Source: Podarcis erhardii
Lineage: Eukaryota
DNA length: 64,000 bases
Reading direction: 5' to 3' (one strand)
Assembly (NCBI GenBank): GCA_964252035.1
Contig: OZ176213.1
In this document: piece after piece, positions 48,720 to 59,574 of the stretch
How the letters are laid out: each line of letters opens with the position of its first letter
Position numbering within the stretch: the stretch's first letter is position 1
The notes under the pieces: generated by a model
Told to the model about the DNA's origin: nothing
What the model saw: the letters and a program-made list of their open reading frames with translations, nothing else
Databases searched by the model: none
Translations under genes and position numbers: made by a program

Positions 48720-49591
48720 CTTCTCTTAGTGGGGTACCAGAAAACCTGAACTGGCTCAAAACACAGAATTTCTCCAGGCTTTTCCTTGTTGAAATGTAAA
48801 AAAAACACACATGCAAAATACCATGTTTCAGTTGACCTCTCAATATGATTTCAAAGAAATGTGTGATGGATCATTGAGGGGTGGGGGCTGTGCAAGGTAT
48901 GCCCACTGCCTGCCACCACCAATGCTCCTGGCAGCCATGCCACCAGCATGTTCAGCATGCATGAGAAGGTGGCACTCTGTGTGTGTACCAATGAACCAGC
49001 ACAGAATTTCTCCACATGCGGTAAGATCCTAGGCCAACCAGAGTGGTGCATCTAGTTATCTCCTGCTTTGACTACTGCAATGCACTCTACGTTTGAAGGT
49101 GAACCAGAAACAACAGTTAATCTGGAACGTGGCAGCTAGACTGGTGACTGGGAGCGGCTGCCGAGACCATATAACACCGCTCTTGAAAGAACTACATTGG
49201 CTCCCAGTACATTTCCAAGCACAATTCAAAGTGTTGGTGCTGACCTTTAAAGCCCTAAAGGGCCTCGATCCAGTATACCTGAAGGAGCGTCTCCACCCTC
49301 ATTGTTTAGCCTGGACACTGAGGTCCAGCTCTGAGCGCCTTCTGGCAGTTCCCTCACTGCAAGAAGTGAGGTTACAGGGAACTTGGCGGATGGCCTTCTC
49401 AGCAGTGGTGCCTGCCCTGTGGAACGCCCTCCCACCAGATGTCAAGGAAATAAACAACTACCTGACTTTTAGAAGACATCTGAAGGCAGCCCTGTTTAGG
49501 GAAGTTTTTAATGTTTGATGTTTTATCGTGTTTTAAATATTCTGTTGGGAGCTGCGCAGAGTGGCTGGGGAAACCCAGCCAGATGGGCGGG

Positions 49592-49637
<46 letters not shown>

Positions 49638-50754
49638 CCAGGACCTCGCCCACCTCTTATGTGGAGGAGCTTTATGCACATATATGTTGCCCTGCCTGTG
49701 TAGAGCCACATCTCATGAGGGCCAAAGATGGGAAGGGGCTATAGCTCAGTAGAAGAGCCCCTGCTTTGTAGTCCCTGGTGGCATCTCCAGGTAGGGCTGG
49801 GAGAGGTTTCCTGAAGCCCTGGAGAGCCACTGCTGCCAGTCAGTGTAGACAATACTGAGCTATATGGACCCAAGGTTCTCAGTCCGTATAAAGCAGTTTC
49901 CTCTGTTCCTATGCAGCTGGTGGGTAGAGGTAAGGGTCACAAACTCCTGAACCCCCCGCTTCAGATATCTTTCCATGTTCCTTCTAATGTGCAGACCGCT
50001 TCTTGGAGATGCACTTGTACATGACCTCTGCGCTTGGCAAGAATGACATGAAGGCTATCGGCCTGCAGATGGCGTTAGATCTCCTAGCCAAAAAGGAGAA
50101 GAAAGACTCCATCACGGGCCTCAAGACAAGAACCCAGCCAGGGCGCCCAGATTGGAACAAGGTAGACTTCACAAAGCTACTTTTAACATAATTTACAACA
50201 CCTCCCCCCCCCAAAAAAAACCCCGGTGCCCCATGTACGTATTTAAGCTGCAGCTCCCATCAGTCCCTGACACCAAAACAGCTGAATGGCACAAGGCTGG
50301 TAAGACTGATTCCCAAGCATCCTTGTGGCTGTGGTGTGAGCTGCTTTTAAAGAACAGATTCTAAGTCAGTATTTCAGCCTGCTCAGTGGGTTCCCTTCGG
50401 CCAGGCAGCCTCAGCCTAACTGACCCCACAGAATTGTTGTGAAAATAAAATGGAGGCGGGCGGAACCTTTGGAGGAAGGGCAGAATAAAAATGCATTTTT
50501 TTTATTTAAAAAATGCATTTGAGATGTATTGGGGGAGCCCAAGGCGAGGCCAGCACCTTCTTCTGAAGCTTGAAAAGAGAGTTGTTAGATTTCTGTCTTG
50601 TATCTCTTTCCGGTACCCCCAGCTCTTTCAGAAACTAGCGAAAGAAAACAAAGGGAAGGTCCATGTCTTCTTCTGCGGCTCTCCAGCTCTTGCCAAGGTC
50701 ATCAAAGCTCATTGCGAACAGTTCAACTTCCAGTTCTTCAAGGAGCACTTTTGA
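31632..50754 (+). CDS. NOX5: NADPH oxidase 5 (EF-hand Ca2+-activated), join(31632..31751,32341..32491,33213..33423,38785..39019,40319..40472,41964..42139,42483..42665,43684..43816,45119..45273,46462..46506,47354..47478,48191..48245,48353..48452,49995..50161,50623..50754), 713 aa
   Basis: Fifteen phase-consistent exons total 2142 nt. Motifs seen: four EF-hands, heme-ligating His pairs (HQLIGY..HTGAH; WTHLSY..VHG), FAD motif HPFTISSAP, NADPH motifs DGPYG, GAGIGITPF and FFCGS, and a terminal Phe. Confidence 0.96.
32341..32491 (+). CDS. NOX5: NOX5 exon (SFFAERFF...DLDGSGTISLDEL...QVYDVD)
   Basis: CTATAG acceptor and G|GTAAAA donor. Contains EF2 and the start of EF3. Confidence 0.95.
33213..33423 (+). 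CDS. NOX5: NOX5 exon (GSGSIEPEEL...DSDNSGSITFEEL...ENLTI)
   Basis: CTGTAG acceptor and AG|GTATTT donor. Contains the end of EF3 and EF4. Confidence 0.95.
34610..34800. mobile_element. Penelope-like element terminal fragment
   Basis: TCTTGTGGCACCCTAAAGATTAAC..TTTATT..AAGCTTTCATGG resembles squamate Penelope ends. Recognition only. Confidence 0.4.
35200..36130 (-). mobile_element. RTE-clade LINE 3' fragment
   Basis: Minus ORFs LYRELASGPRSIGRPALCYKYVCKCDMKA..W and a C-terminal zinc-finger-like FICPSCNKTCLSHIGLYSH. Confidence 0.8.
36901..37124. mobile_element. Tc1/mariner-type MITE family A
   Basis: TIR CAGTGGTACCTCGG/CCGAGGTACCACTG flanked by TA. Opposite orientation to the copies at 56878, 58710 and 61824. 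Confidence 0.9.
37475..37640. mobile_element. CR1-related repeat end (AGAAGAGCCTG..GGATCAGGCC family; relatives near 400-570, 760-1200, 26377-26580, 56510-56830, 63180-63380)
   Basis: Mutually similar blocks recur across the window. The family assignment is from recognition only. Confidence 0.55.
38461..38728 (+). mobile_element. L2-like LINE 3' end with (ATT)n tail
   Basis: Similar to 49380-49632 and 19820-20028. Confidence 0.8.
38785..39019 (+). CDS. NOX5: NOX5 exon (AASWL...AYWHNNRSK...AKGCGQCLNFNCAFIV)
   Basis: CTCGCAG acceptor and GTG|GTGAGT donor. Encodes TM1-TM2. Confidence 0.95.
40046..40181. mobile_element. hAT-type palindromic MITE
   Basis: TIR CAGGCTTCCTCAAC/GTTGAGGAAGCCTG with a perfect 8-bp TSD AGCTAGAA. 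Confidence 0.9.
40319..40472 (+). CDS. NOX5: NOX5 exon (VLMLRRCLTWLR...HQLIGY...HTGAHVANF)
   Basis: TTGAAG acceptor and G|GTAAGT donor. Contains heme His residues. Confidence 0.95.
41499..41893 (-). mobile_element. L2-like LINE 3' fragment
   Basis: Reverse-complement match to 49200-49600. Confidence 0.8.
41964..42139 (+). CDS. NOX5: NOX5 exon (..TTRPGIGWIYGTAS...RKGGHFE)
   Basis: CCCTATAG acceptor and GAG|GTGACG donor. Confidence 0.95.
42483..42665 (+). CDS. NOX5: NOX5 exon (VFYWTHLSY...HGPNFWKW...NLLPSK)
   Basis: CAGCAG acceptor and AAG|GTTTGC donor. Confidence 0.95.
42881..43265 (-). mobile_element. CR1 LINE 3' fragment
   Basis: Minus ORF EEQLRDLGMFSLEKRRMRGDM..FKYL and the CR1 3' motif TTGGACTAGAT..CTTCCAACTCT in reverse. 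Confidence 0.85.
43684..43816 (+). CDS. NOX5: NOX5 exon (VTHLVIKRPPFF...EWHPFTISSAPEQP)
   Basis: ATCCAG acceptor and G|GTAGAT donor. Contains the FAD-binding motif. Confidence 0.95.
44040..44490 (-). mobile_element. L2-like LINE 3' fragment (second subfamily)
   Basis: Minus ORF MLVLTYKALNGSGPQYLKDHL...RAFSAVAPHLWNALP. Confidence 0.75.
45119..45273 (+). CDS. NOX5: NOX5 exon (TIWLHIRSLGQWTNRLYEYF...RSQKWVQ)
   Basis: CTCCAAAG acceptor and CAG|GTTTGC donor. The 3' boundary is less certain than the 5'. Confidence 0.88.
46462..46506 (+). CDS. NOX5: NOX5 45-nt exon (IPGRLSENQRLCNIK)
   Basis: TTAACAG acceptor and AAG|GTAAGA donor. Matches the short ...CNIK exon that precedes CYIDGPYG. Confidence 0.92.
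47354..47478 (+). CDS. NOX5: NOX5 exon (CYIDGPYGTPTRRIF...GAGIGITPFASILQSIMF)
   Basis: CCCCAG acceptor and AG|GTTGGT donor. Contains NADPH-binding motifs. Confidence 0.96.
48191..48245 (+). CDS. NOX5: NOX5 exon (HRMRKQTSSSQENMKLLK), shortened
   Basis: TTTCTAG acceptor after a long pyrimidine tract and AAG|GTGAGG donor. Phase 2 in and phase 0 out fit. Confidence 0.92.
48353..48452 (+). CDS. NOX5: NOX5 exon (VDFIWINRDQKSFEWF...EEDPS)
   Basis: CTTTAG acceptor and A|GTAGGT donor (phase 1). Confidence 0.94.
49041..49632 (+). mobile_element. L2-like LINE 3' fragment with (TAT)n tail
   Basis: ORF 49093-49518 ...NVAARLVTG...LHWLPVHFQAQFKVLVLTFKAL. Confidence 0.85.
49730..49912 (+). mobile_element. 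tRNA-derived SINE (relatives at 60055-60165 and 61340-61440)
   Basis: A-box-like TAGCTCAGTAG head and a CCAGTCAGTGTAGAC..CTGAGCTA..GGACC body repeated at 60055-60165. Confidence 0.6.
49995..50161 (+). CDS. NOX5: NOX5 exon (RFLEMHLYMTSALGKNDMK...GRPDWNK)
   Basis: GTGCAG acceptor and AAG|GTAGAC donor. Confidence 0.95.
50623..50754 (+). CDS. NOX5: NOX5 last coding exon (LFQKLAKENKGKVHVFFCGSPALAK...FKEHF*)
   Basis: CCCCAG acceptor and TGA stop at 50752-50754. Confidence 0.95.
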   Translation, partial: LFQKLAKENKGKVHVFFCGSPALAKVIKAHCEQFNFQFFKEHF

Positions 50755-51003
50755 GCAGCATCCCTGGGCCATCCTGGACTGCGATGTTAAGGCTGCAAGC
50801 TATGCATGAGTTAAGTAGGCAATGTGATTTGTGGAAGAAAACATTTGTGGAATAGTTCACCAAGACCCCCAGCTATTTTCAAGTGGTCCTTAGAAATGTT
50901 TTTGATAACTGTTGTCCTAGGGATACTTTGTGAATCAACCCTTCCTCTCTGTGTTTGAATGTTCCAAACTACACATTGTGGTTAATCATGTAATTTGCCA
51001 TTG

Positions 51004-51009
51004 AATAAA
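51004..51009 (+). terminator. Candidate NOX5 polyadenylation signal AATAAA
   Basis: First AATAAA after the stop codon (about 250 nt downstream). Further AATAAA near 51946 and 51986. Confidence 0.55.
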
Positions 51010-51982
51010 AAGACATTTCTTTCCGAAATAGCCAGCGTGAAAGGCAGTTGTCTGGATTGGGAGGGAGGTCAGCATGGGGAGGGGAGGGGGCTTGAACACT
51101 TTGTTCCCTGCTGTGGTCCCAATCTGGATCCCTCTACACACACACACACACACCGGGTTCTGGCCCTTTCTCTTCTCTCTTGCAACTGTATGCAAGAAGG
51201 AGGAGAAGGGAACGTCTCCTGCAGAGTCACCATTGCAATGGGAAAGGACAGTGGGGAAAGCTCAGCTGAGCAGACTCCTTCGAGGCAGAAGAACATGTTC
51301 AGTTCAGGGTGAGGAACAGCAGTGGCACTGGCTCGGGATGCTTTTGCCAGCTGCATAGCACAACCCACCCCAGAATTCCTTGCAATGCCACAGAAGACAC
51401 TCCCAGCTCACACATGCATGCCTGGCTCATTTGAGCGTGCGCACCCCCCCCCCAATATTGCCACTCTAAGGCCCTGCTCTCTGTGTCTCAAAATCTGCTT
51501 TATGATGCCTGCAGGGCCAGCAGCACATTGTACCCATTTCTTGAGCAGATTTTGAGAAGCCCCTGCCCCCTGCTTTCCTGGAGTAGGCTGCATTTCCACC
51601 ACCGTCAAAGAGTAGTTGAGAAGAGCTCCATCAACTTGGTGCCACGGGCTCCCTATTTCCTATCCTTTCCTGGGAGAGAAAATATCCCCCTTCCTTCTTC
51701 CAGGAAGCGCTCCTCCAAGGGGCAGGCGATGATTCCAGCTGCTACCTGCTATCCCAGGCAGGCTTGGACTGGCAAAAGGAATGAAGAAATGCCAGAGGAG
51801 GAGGTGGAGGAGGGCAGTGTCTGTTTGTTGAGGCCTGGAAAGCAGGAGCTGCCTAGGGGCGAGCCAGGACAACCTTTCTTCTTCCTCCTCCTCCTCCTCC
51901 TCCTCTACCAGTGTTTGACAAACATAGCTGCCCTCATTTTAAGTTAATAAACAAGAGATTCTTGCTCAGTGAGTGTAATCCT

Positions 51983-52641
51983 TGTAATAAACAAAAATCT
52001 GCCCTTATTCCCTTATGGGGGACACAAGAGCCTTTACAGAGTCCTTTGTAGGTTCTCCATCGGTTGGAGAAAATAACAGAGGCCAACCAGAGAATACTGA
52101 GAAGCAAAGCAGCTCGTAAGCCTGATCTTTATTGAACTGTTGCAACAGGGTGCCCCCTTCACACGCAGGAGGAGGAGGAGGACCCAGAACAAAGGTGTGC
52201 CTGCCCTTATATAGACATTTTAAATTGTCTGCCCTGGAGTCCAAGGCAACCCCCAGATACATCATACCTACATCACAGAAAGGGCAGTCTACAACAGAAA
52301 TGTGAGCGTGTTGTTTATCTCCTGTCTGGCAGACCTGTTAATGGTCACTTGATTGGATACCCTGGGGAGCCTGGCCAGTCTTTTGTAATGACAAATACTT
52401 AGTTCCTGAGCCAGGTCACAGGCTCACCCTATTCATACACAGACATACCCTTAAGACAGGATTTGTGAATGAAAAGACAATGGGGAGGCTTTTCCATTTC
52501 CTTCGACCTTGCAGAGAAATATTTGAGGTCAATTTGGGAGTCAAAATGGTTTCAGGGCTGTTTTCCTGTGCTGCTTCAGACATGTGGTTTATATATTTAT
52601 GTATGTGTTTGCTTGGTACATTTATGAACATTTATTATACA
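51983..52641 (-). mobile_element. Probable solo LTR (endogenous retrovirus-like)
   Basis: TG...CA termini with imperfect inverted ends. On the minus strand CCAAT (52356), TATATAA (52213) and AATAAA (52133) occur in U3-R order. No clear TSD was found. Confidence 0.55.
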
Positions 52642-54063
52642 AGATCTTAACTTTTTTTATTTCATCCTGAAGCCACTGTCTCGTGTGGGCTTGGCTGGCA
52701 ATGGTGCCCCCACCACCCAAGCTGCTTTCTGGGCAGGTTAGTTCCACATTTCCCCCACCACCACCCAAAAACAATTTCATCTTTCCAGCTTATCTGCTTC
52801 TATTTGCCCAGCACTGGCATCACATACTGGGTAAGACACTGGGAGGCAAATCGGGAAAGTGCCTGGTTCAAGTCTTTCCTTAGCTGTGACAGCACCAAGT
52901 GGCCTGGGCCAAACCACCCCTCCCACCTTGCAGCCTCAGCCTTCCTTTCTGTAATACAGGGGAAATAGAGATGGATAGCAAGTGATGGCAGCAAGGTACT
53001 GGATGTGAAACGCTTTGAACATTTGAAAGTGCCATATAAATGCAAAATACTTTTTAAATAGACTTTTTAAGCGCAAATGCCCCCTAAAGTGGTTCACAAC
53101 CATTTACAATACAAATCCATGAATCCCAAAATAAAATAAACATTTAAAGTATTCAAAGTGCACATTACCAGCATAATATACAATTAAAATTTACTAATCA
53201 GCCCCCCTCAAAATACTGTATTTTTGAAAAACCGAGGTTTTAAGAGCTGTTTAAAATCAAATTATTATTTCCCTGTGCCCCTTCCCACCTGCTCAAAATG
53301 TAAAAATGTTCAAAGTGTGTTTTAGCCCCCCCTACATTTTTAAGCGCACTTCCTTCCTCTGCCAACATTAATTTTCTTCGCCACCAGAGGGAGCCAGCAC
53401 CTCACCATTCAAAATATCCCTCCTTGAGAGAGAATTCATGTGACTCAGTCAGCAGATGTATGAGTAATTGGAAGGAGATTTCGCTTCCAACCACTCACTT
53501 AATATAAAGCGTGCAATCCAGGGATTTTCACAGCTACTTTCACAGCATAAGAAGCAATTCTTCTGCAGAAGCAGATTGTGATTCCCCACCCCACCCCCAA
53601 AAAAGCAGGGGGTGCAGAAAAGTGCCTTATTCCAGGTCAGACAGTCCATCTTGTCTGCCACTTTTACCTGTTCTTCCCATATTCCCATTGCAAGCAGCTG
53701 CCAGGGCTGGACTTTGATGGGTGCTGCTAGTACAAATCAGATTCGGTCCAGCTGTGCCAAACTTTCCAAGGTAGTACCAACATCTCCATTTGTGAGCACA
53801 GAACAAAGCGGGAGCCTTCTCTGCTTTTTGGTCAAGTTAGCCAACCTTGACCACAGTCTCTTCCGGCCAAGGGATCCATCCTGCCCTGCCTTCTTAGTTC
53901 AGAGGCCTCATATACCATGGCAGAAAAACCACATAGGAGGTCCCACATGTGGGTCATAGGAGTAGTCAGGAAGGCACCCCCCAATCAACTAAATAAAGAA
54001 AATACTTAACTAAAAGTAGAAATTGTAGAAAGATTTTTCTGGACACGGGGTCAAAAGAAAGTA

Positions 54064-54302
54064 TAGTCGTATCATGGAAGTCCAATGGAATCTGTTCCGG
54101 AAGTCCGTTCAACTTCCAAAACCAAAGTGCAGCTTCTGATTGGCTGCAGGAAGCTCCTGCAGCCAATCACAAGCTGCGGAAGCCCCATTGGACGTCTGGG
54201 TTCCAAAGAACGTTCACAAACCAGAACACACACTCACGGGTTTGCGGCATTCGGGAGCCAAAACGTCCAAGTACCAAGGCGTTTGGGATCCAAGGTCCAA
54301 CT
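54064..54302. mobile_element. Tc1/mariner-type MITE family D
   Basis: Degenerate TIRs (TAGTCGTATCATGG/CCAAGGTCCAACTG) between TA dinucleotides. Central palindrome TGATTGGCTGCAGGA..TCCTGCAGCCAATCA. Confidence 0.65.
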
Positions 54303-55780
54303 GTAATTTAAAACAACTGTTGTTAAGACATTTCATTCTGAATCTGCGAGATAGAGCCAGACAGAGGACGCTGGCAGGTGGGTGTCCTGCCCCCTTCTAA
54401 CATAAATCCCAGCTACGCCCATGGGACTGGCAGCTGTTTGTTCTGTAATTAAATTGGTGTTAGAGTTAGATTCAATATCCCCCACTAAGAATCCTGTGAC
54501 TCTGGAGGTAAGAAGAGGTTCAATGGCCTTGACAAACTTAACTTGGATTTCACAATCTCTTTGGGAGAATGGTCCTTTGCATCACCAAAAAGATGGTCAA
54601 GTACAGGTGATGTGTTGCCACAGAAACTGAATAGCTGGAGATTCTTCTGGAAGGGGAAGCATATTTTTCTTCTTCCCTCAATCCCCTTTCTGGAGGCGAT
54701 GTCATCAAGATGCCTCCTGTTTGCAGGGCAGCCTTGAAACTGGGCCTGAGAGACACACAACAAGAGGCTTGACTTGCTCTTGATAAGAAACCTTGCTCGC
54801 CCCCAAGAAACCTAATGGGAGCAGGATCCACTGGAGTGTTGACACTGTGAACCTTCCATCCTATGCTGAGCTTGTATAAATGGGTATATAAACTTCAAAT
54901 CACAGAAATCTGCGTTTCTGTCCAGAAGTCTGTTGGGTCGTATGCAAAGCCTACCTCACCTGTGGCCTTGCTGGCTGCTAGCTGTAGGAGAGAGAGAAAA
55001 GGGGGAGCTTGCAAGAGAATGCAAAACCCACAGACATTTTACAGGGTCCAGACCTCGCCGTTTCCATGCAGACTTCTCTGCAGGCTGCCTTTCATTGCAA
55101 AGAAAATAGTGGGCGGCTGGGCAAAGGGGTGGTGGAGGAGAGCTGGCCTAATCTTTGCTTTCGCTTGCTTTTTTAAAAAAAGAATTAAATAAAAATAAAA
55201 CGAAGGCATCCACCCACCATATTCAGGAGAGCAACTCAGCAACATGGGCACAGAAAGCAGGGGCTCGGGGACTTTGGCTTCTCTGGCTGAGGTTCTCTCT
55301 TTATTATCAATTGCCCACAAGGGACCGATTGCATCCCTACACAAATACTCCTGCTAAACCACATTTCCCGGCAGATTTATATGCCGTTTTTATGATGGGC
55401 CTGTGCAATATGCTGACTCCTCTGTTTGCAGGGAGGGGGCAGAAAATCATTCGGAGGAGACATTTATTTTATGGCAAAATCAGCCATGAGTAAAAAAAAG
55501 GGGGGGGTTGCATGGGTACATGTATATCGAATAAACTGAAAATGAAAAGCGTGCAAGGGGGAATGTGGTACAACCCGAACCTGCCCATCATGCTCCATTT
55601 GCCACACCAAGGGATACATGACTTCTGCTAATGGGCACATCCTTGTTGGTTCGCAGTAGCTCTGCTTGGCAGGGCCTCCTTGGAGTGGAATGAAGGTGGA
55701 ATATCTACTGACAACCAGAGAGAGAGAGATGGGCTTTTTAAGAACATAAGGAAAGCCCTGGTGGATTGGTCCAAACGCCC

Positions 55781-56455
55781 ATTATTGTAACTCGCTCTAC
55801 ATGGGGCTGCCCTTGAAGCTGTCCCAGAAACTCCAGCGGGTGCAGAATGCTGCGGCGAGACTCCTTACGGGGTCCTCACTGCGGGATCACATTCACCCAG
55901 TGCTATACCACCTGCACTGGCTCCCGGTGGAGTACAGGATCAGGTTTAAGGTGCTGGTTTTAACCTTTAAAGCCCTATACAGTCTAGGAACCTGGTACCT
56001 ACAGGACCACCTCTCCTGGTATGTCCCACGGAGGACCTTACGGTCTTCAAACAAAAACATCTTGGAGGTCCCAGGCCACAGGGAGGTTAGGCTGGCCTCA
56101 ACCAGAGCCAGGGCTTTTTCGGCTGTGGCCCCGATCTGGTGGAACGCTCTGCCACAAGAGACTAGGGCCCTGCGGGACTTGACATCCTTCCGCAGGGCCT
56201 GCAAGACAGAGCTGTTCCACCAGGCCTTTGGCCAAGGCACAGTCTGACCCCCTCCTTTGGTAATCCTCATAGAACTCTAGCCCAATGGTTGCCATTAATT
56301 TGATTTTGAATTGATTTTAGAATGAATTGATTTTAGAATGAATTGATTTTAGAATGCATTTCAATTAATTTGATTGTGATTTTATGTAAGCTGTGTTACT
56401 TTTATTGTTGTTAGCTGCTCTGAGCCCGGCTTCGGCTGGGGAGGGCGGGATATAA

Positions 56456-56505
<50 letters not shown>
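55781..56505 (+). mobile_element. L2-like LINE 3' fragment (third subfamily) with (TAT)n tail
   Basis: ORF 55801-56247 QKLQRVQNAAARLLTG...LHWLPVEYRIRFKVLVLTFKAL. Confidence 0.85.
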
Positions 56506-56506
<1 letters not shown>

Positions 56507-56877
56507 TAGTTCAGCATCCTGTTCTTTCAGTGGCCAACCAGATGCCCCAATGGGAAGCCTGCAGGAAGGACCTGAGCACAAGGGCACTCTCCCCTTTGTG
56601 CTCCTCTGCAACTGGTGTTCAGAAACAGACTACCGCCAACAGTAGAGGGAGAACATAGCCATGATGGCTAGCAGCCAATGAGAGCCCTCTCCTTCACAAA
56701 TACATATGTCCAATCATCTTTTAAAGCCATCCAGGTTGGTGGTCATCACTGCCTCCTGTGGCAGTGAGTTCCATAGTTTAACTGCATGAAGAATTACTTC
56801 CTTTTGTCTGTCCTGAATCTTTCACTAGTTTTTATTATTTGGTATCTTTTTTTAAAGTTATTGACATTAATACATTA

Positions 56878-57053
56878 CAGTGGTACCTCGGGCTACATAC
56901 GCTTCAGGTTACATACGCTTCAGGTTATAGACTCCGCTAACCCAGAAATAGTACCTCAGGTTAAGAACTGTGCTTCAGGATGAGAACAGAAATTGTGCTC
57001 TAGCAGCGTGGCGGCAGCAGCAGGAGGCCCCATTAGCTAAAGTGGTGCCACTG
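56878..57053. mobile_element. Tc1/mariner-type MITE family A, internally deleted
   Basis: TA-flanked CAGTGGTACCTC..CCACTG. Lacks the right-hand part of the full copies. Confidence 0.85.
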
Positions 57054-57678
57054 TATATTCATCGCACTGCCTGTTCTTCCATCATCATCATCATCAGGTG
57101 TTTTTTCTTTCTTTTTTTTAGAAAAATGAAAAATAAACTCAAATGACTTACAATGCAATGCAAAAATTAAAACCAGTACAAAACTAAAATAAAATAAAAG
57201 CCTAAAAAACATTCATATACACTCCCTGTCCATCCTAAAGGAGGCTGCAGTATTTAAAACTCTCCACGTTAAAGGCCAAAGGCTTGGCTGAAAAGAAATG
57301 TTTTCACCTAGCACCCAAAATGTTCAGCGGTGGGTCCCTGAGAGATGAAATACTGAGGGATGTACAGTCATGTGTGAACAAGAATCTTCAGGAAACCTAG
57401 CTAACGAAAGCTTTTTGCCCTGGTGATGGCCATGGGCAGAGGAGCCGACCTTGCTACTCTCCTCAGGACACACCTGGGGCCACTGTGGACCGCAGTGGAT
57501 TCATTTGTTTCTGCCTGCAACAATCCTACCTGTTTTCCAGGGCTCTGTGCAGGCAGATAAATGCCTGAAACGGGCTGGCATTTCTGAAGGCTCTCCACGT
57601 ACATCTGGCTCCAGTGACGCATCCGTCTTCTTCGATTGCTTCCCATTTTTGCTCACAGGGGAGCCCTGCTCTGTTCCT

Positions 57679-57726
<48 letters not shown>

Positions 57727-58709
57727 TGGGATTCTACATGCATGGATTGGTCTGTCCCTTTCATCTCCAGAAGAACTGAAAAGTCCTTCCGCTCAACACA
57801 CCGCACAGCAGCAGCAAGACGGAAAGGAGCAGTAAGAGGCCTTTTCCTTGCCGAACAAAATAGTGTTACATGCCACACCAATCGCCAAGTGGTAGGAGAC
57901 TCCAGGGGTTCCAGACTCTTACTGAGGGTTCTGTTTCCTTGGAATGATGGAGACTGTCGTGTCTTTAGGAAATATGGGCTGGATGTAGACACATCAAAAA
58001 TGTGTTTCAGGAAAACGCGTTGCAAACCTCAATGTGGGAAATCACCTTGGCGAAAGACGGGACTCCACAGCGCCATCTGGTGTCACCGTGTTATAACGCA
58101 TATAAAGCAGTTTTTCTTTACTAATGTAGCTGAGTCCCCAGTTTTGTTTACATATATATACAACCTGAGAATAAGATGGAGGGGGCTCCCAGTGTTAACA
58201 CCCCTACAGATCTTGCTTCTTCTTTAGTTGCAGTTTTGGATCCAGCACAAAGCAAAGCATGTCTCTTGTGTATCCAGTTTCCAGCCTGCTTCCAGCTCGG
58301 CTCACATACTCTGCCTCTCCTACCTACTATGGTTCTCCTACCTAACAGCTAGGTTCATGGAGTCACAATGCCATTTACCTTTCCCACTTTCTTAGTTAAT
58401 GCTGTTGTTGTTTTGTTGTTTATTGTATTATTTTATAAATTGGCTATAAAATCTAAAATACATTTTTTAAAAAAGGTCACTTAAGTGGAAAACCCGCTCT
58501 TTAGTGCTAAATCAGATCAAACATCAGTCCGGATAAAATCCAAATTGCCATTTGCTCCAATCTAAAGCTAAGGAGCAGGGAAAGGAGTGGGGCAAGGGGG
58601 AAACTGCTTGAACCCGTGCCTAGAAACCGTGAGACAAGAGGAAATGTGAATGAGCCCTGACTGGAAGCAGAGACACGTTTGCAGGCACAAACAGTATTGG
58701 AAGCTTATA

Positions 58710-58951
58710 CAGTGGTACCTCAGGTTACATACGCTTCAGGTTACATACGCTTCAGGTTACAGACTCCGCTAACCCAGAAATAGTACCTCGGGTTAAGAAC
58801 TTTGCTTCAGGATGAGAACAGAAATCGTGCTCCGGTGGCGCGGCAGCAGCAGGAGGCCCCATTAGCTAAAGTGGTGCTTCAGGTTAAGACCAGTTTCAGG
58901 TTAAAAACGGACCTCCGGAATGAATTAAGTACTTAACCAGAGGTACCACTG
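58710..58951. mobile_element. Tc1/mariner-type MITE family A
   Basis: TA-flanked TIR CAGTGGTACCTC/GAGGTACCACTG. Confidence 0.9.
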
Positions 58952-59574
58952 TAACCATTCCAATATCACAATTCATGAGCACAAATAATCATGAATGCAC
59001 AATGAACAGTACATCTTGGGTCCCCATGTCTGGTCTTTACTGAGCATTTGTTTTGATTTTTTTGCAAGACAACAATCATTCACCCAACCTTCATCCTGCT
59101 TCGCTTGTAGGGTGTTCTTACAACTTCCTGCTAGCAGTTTGTTCTTCCCACACTTTCCAGTTCATTTCACTATCTCTTTCCAAACCGTAACAAGACGGAC
59201 TCTTTTTAAAAGCGGCTCTGGGCCCATCTATATCTCAGCTTAATGTAGGTTATGAAGCCCTTGTGCCCCCCTTTAATTCCCCCTCATCCATGCGGCGTTC
59301 TCCTCCAGCTACGCCGCTTCCCTGAATCTGGAGATTCCTGATGTAATCAATGTTGCTCCCCTATTTGGATTTTCACTAGGGTGGCAGAGCGCTTTAATCT
59401 GTAATTGCACAAACCTAAATTCCATGATACACACTTGAATCCTGCAAAATAAGAAGAGCCTGGAGGCACCATAACATTTGCTCTCCAGTCCTAACAGAAG
59501 CTTCGTGGTGAAATATCTGCATACAGAGGTCCCAGGTTCTATCACAGCCTCTCCAGGTAAGGCTGCCAGGAGAT

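Noticed and set aside
49730-49800. tRNA-like A/B-box sequences (also about 60005 and 61270)
   Set aside because: These are heads of tRNA-derived SINEs, and no complete cloverleaf is evident.
57401-58227. Cluster of 160-175-aa ORFs downstream of NOX5
   Set aside because: They span a (GT)n tract, show no domain or codon signal, and have no consistent splice frame.
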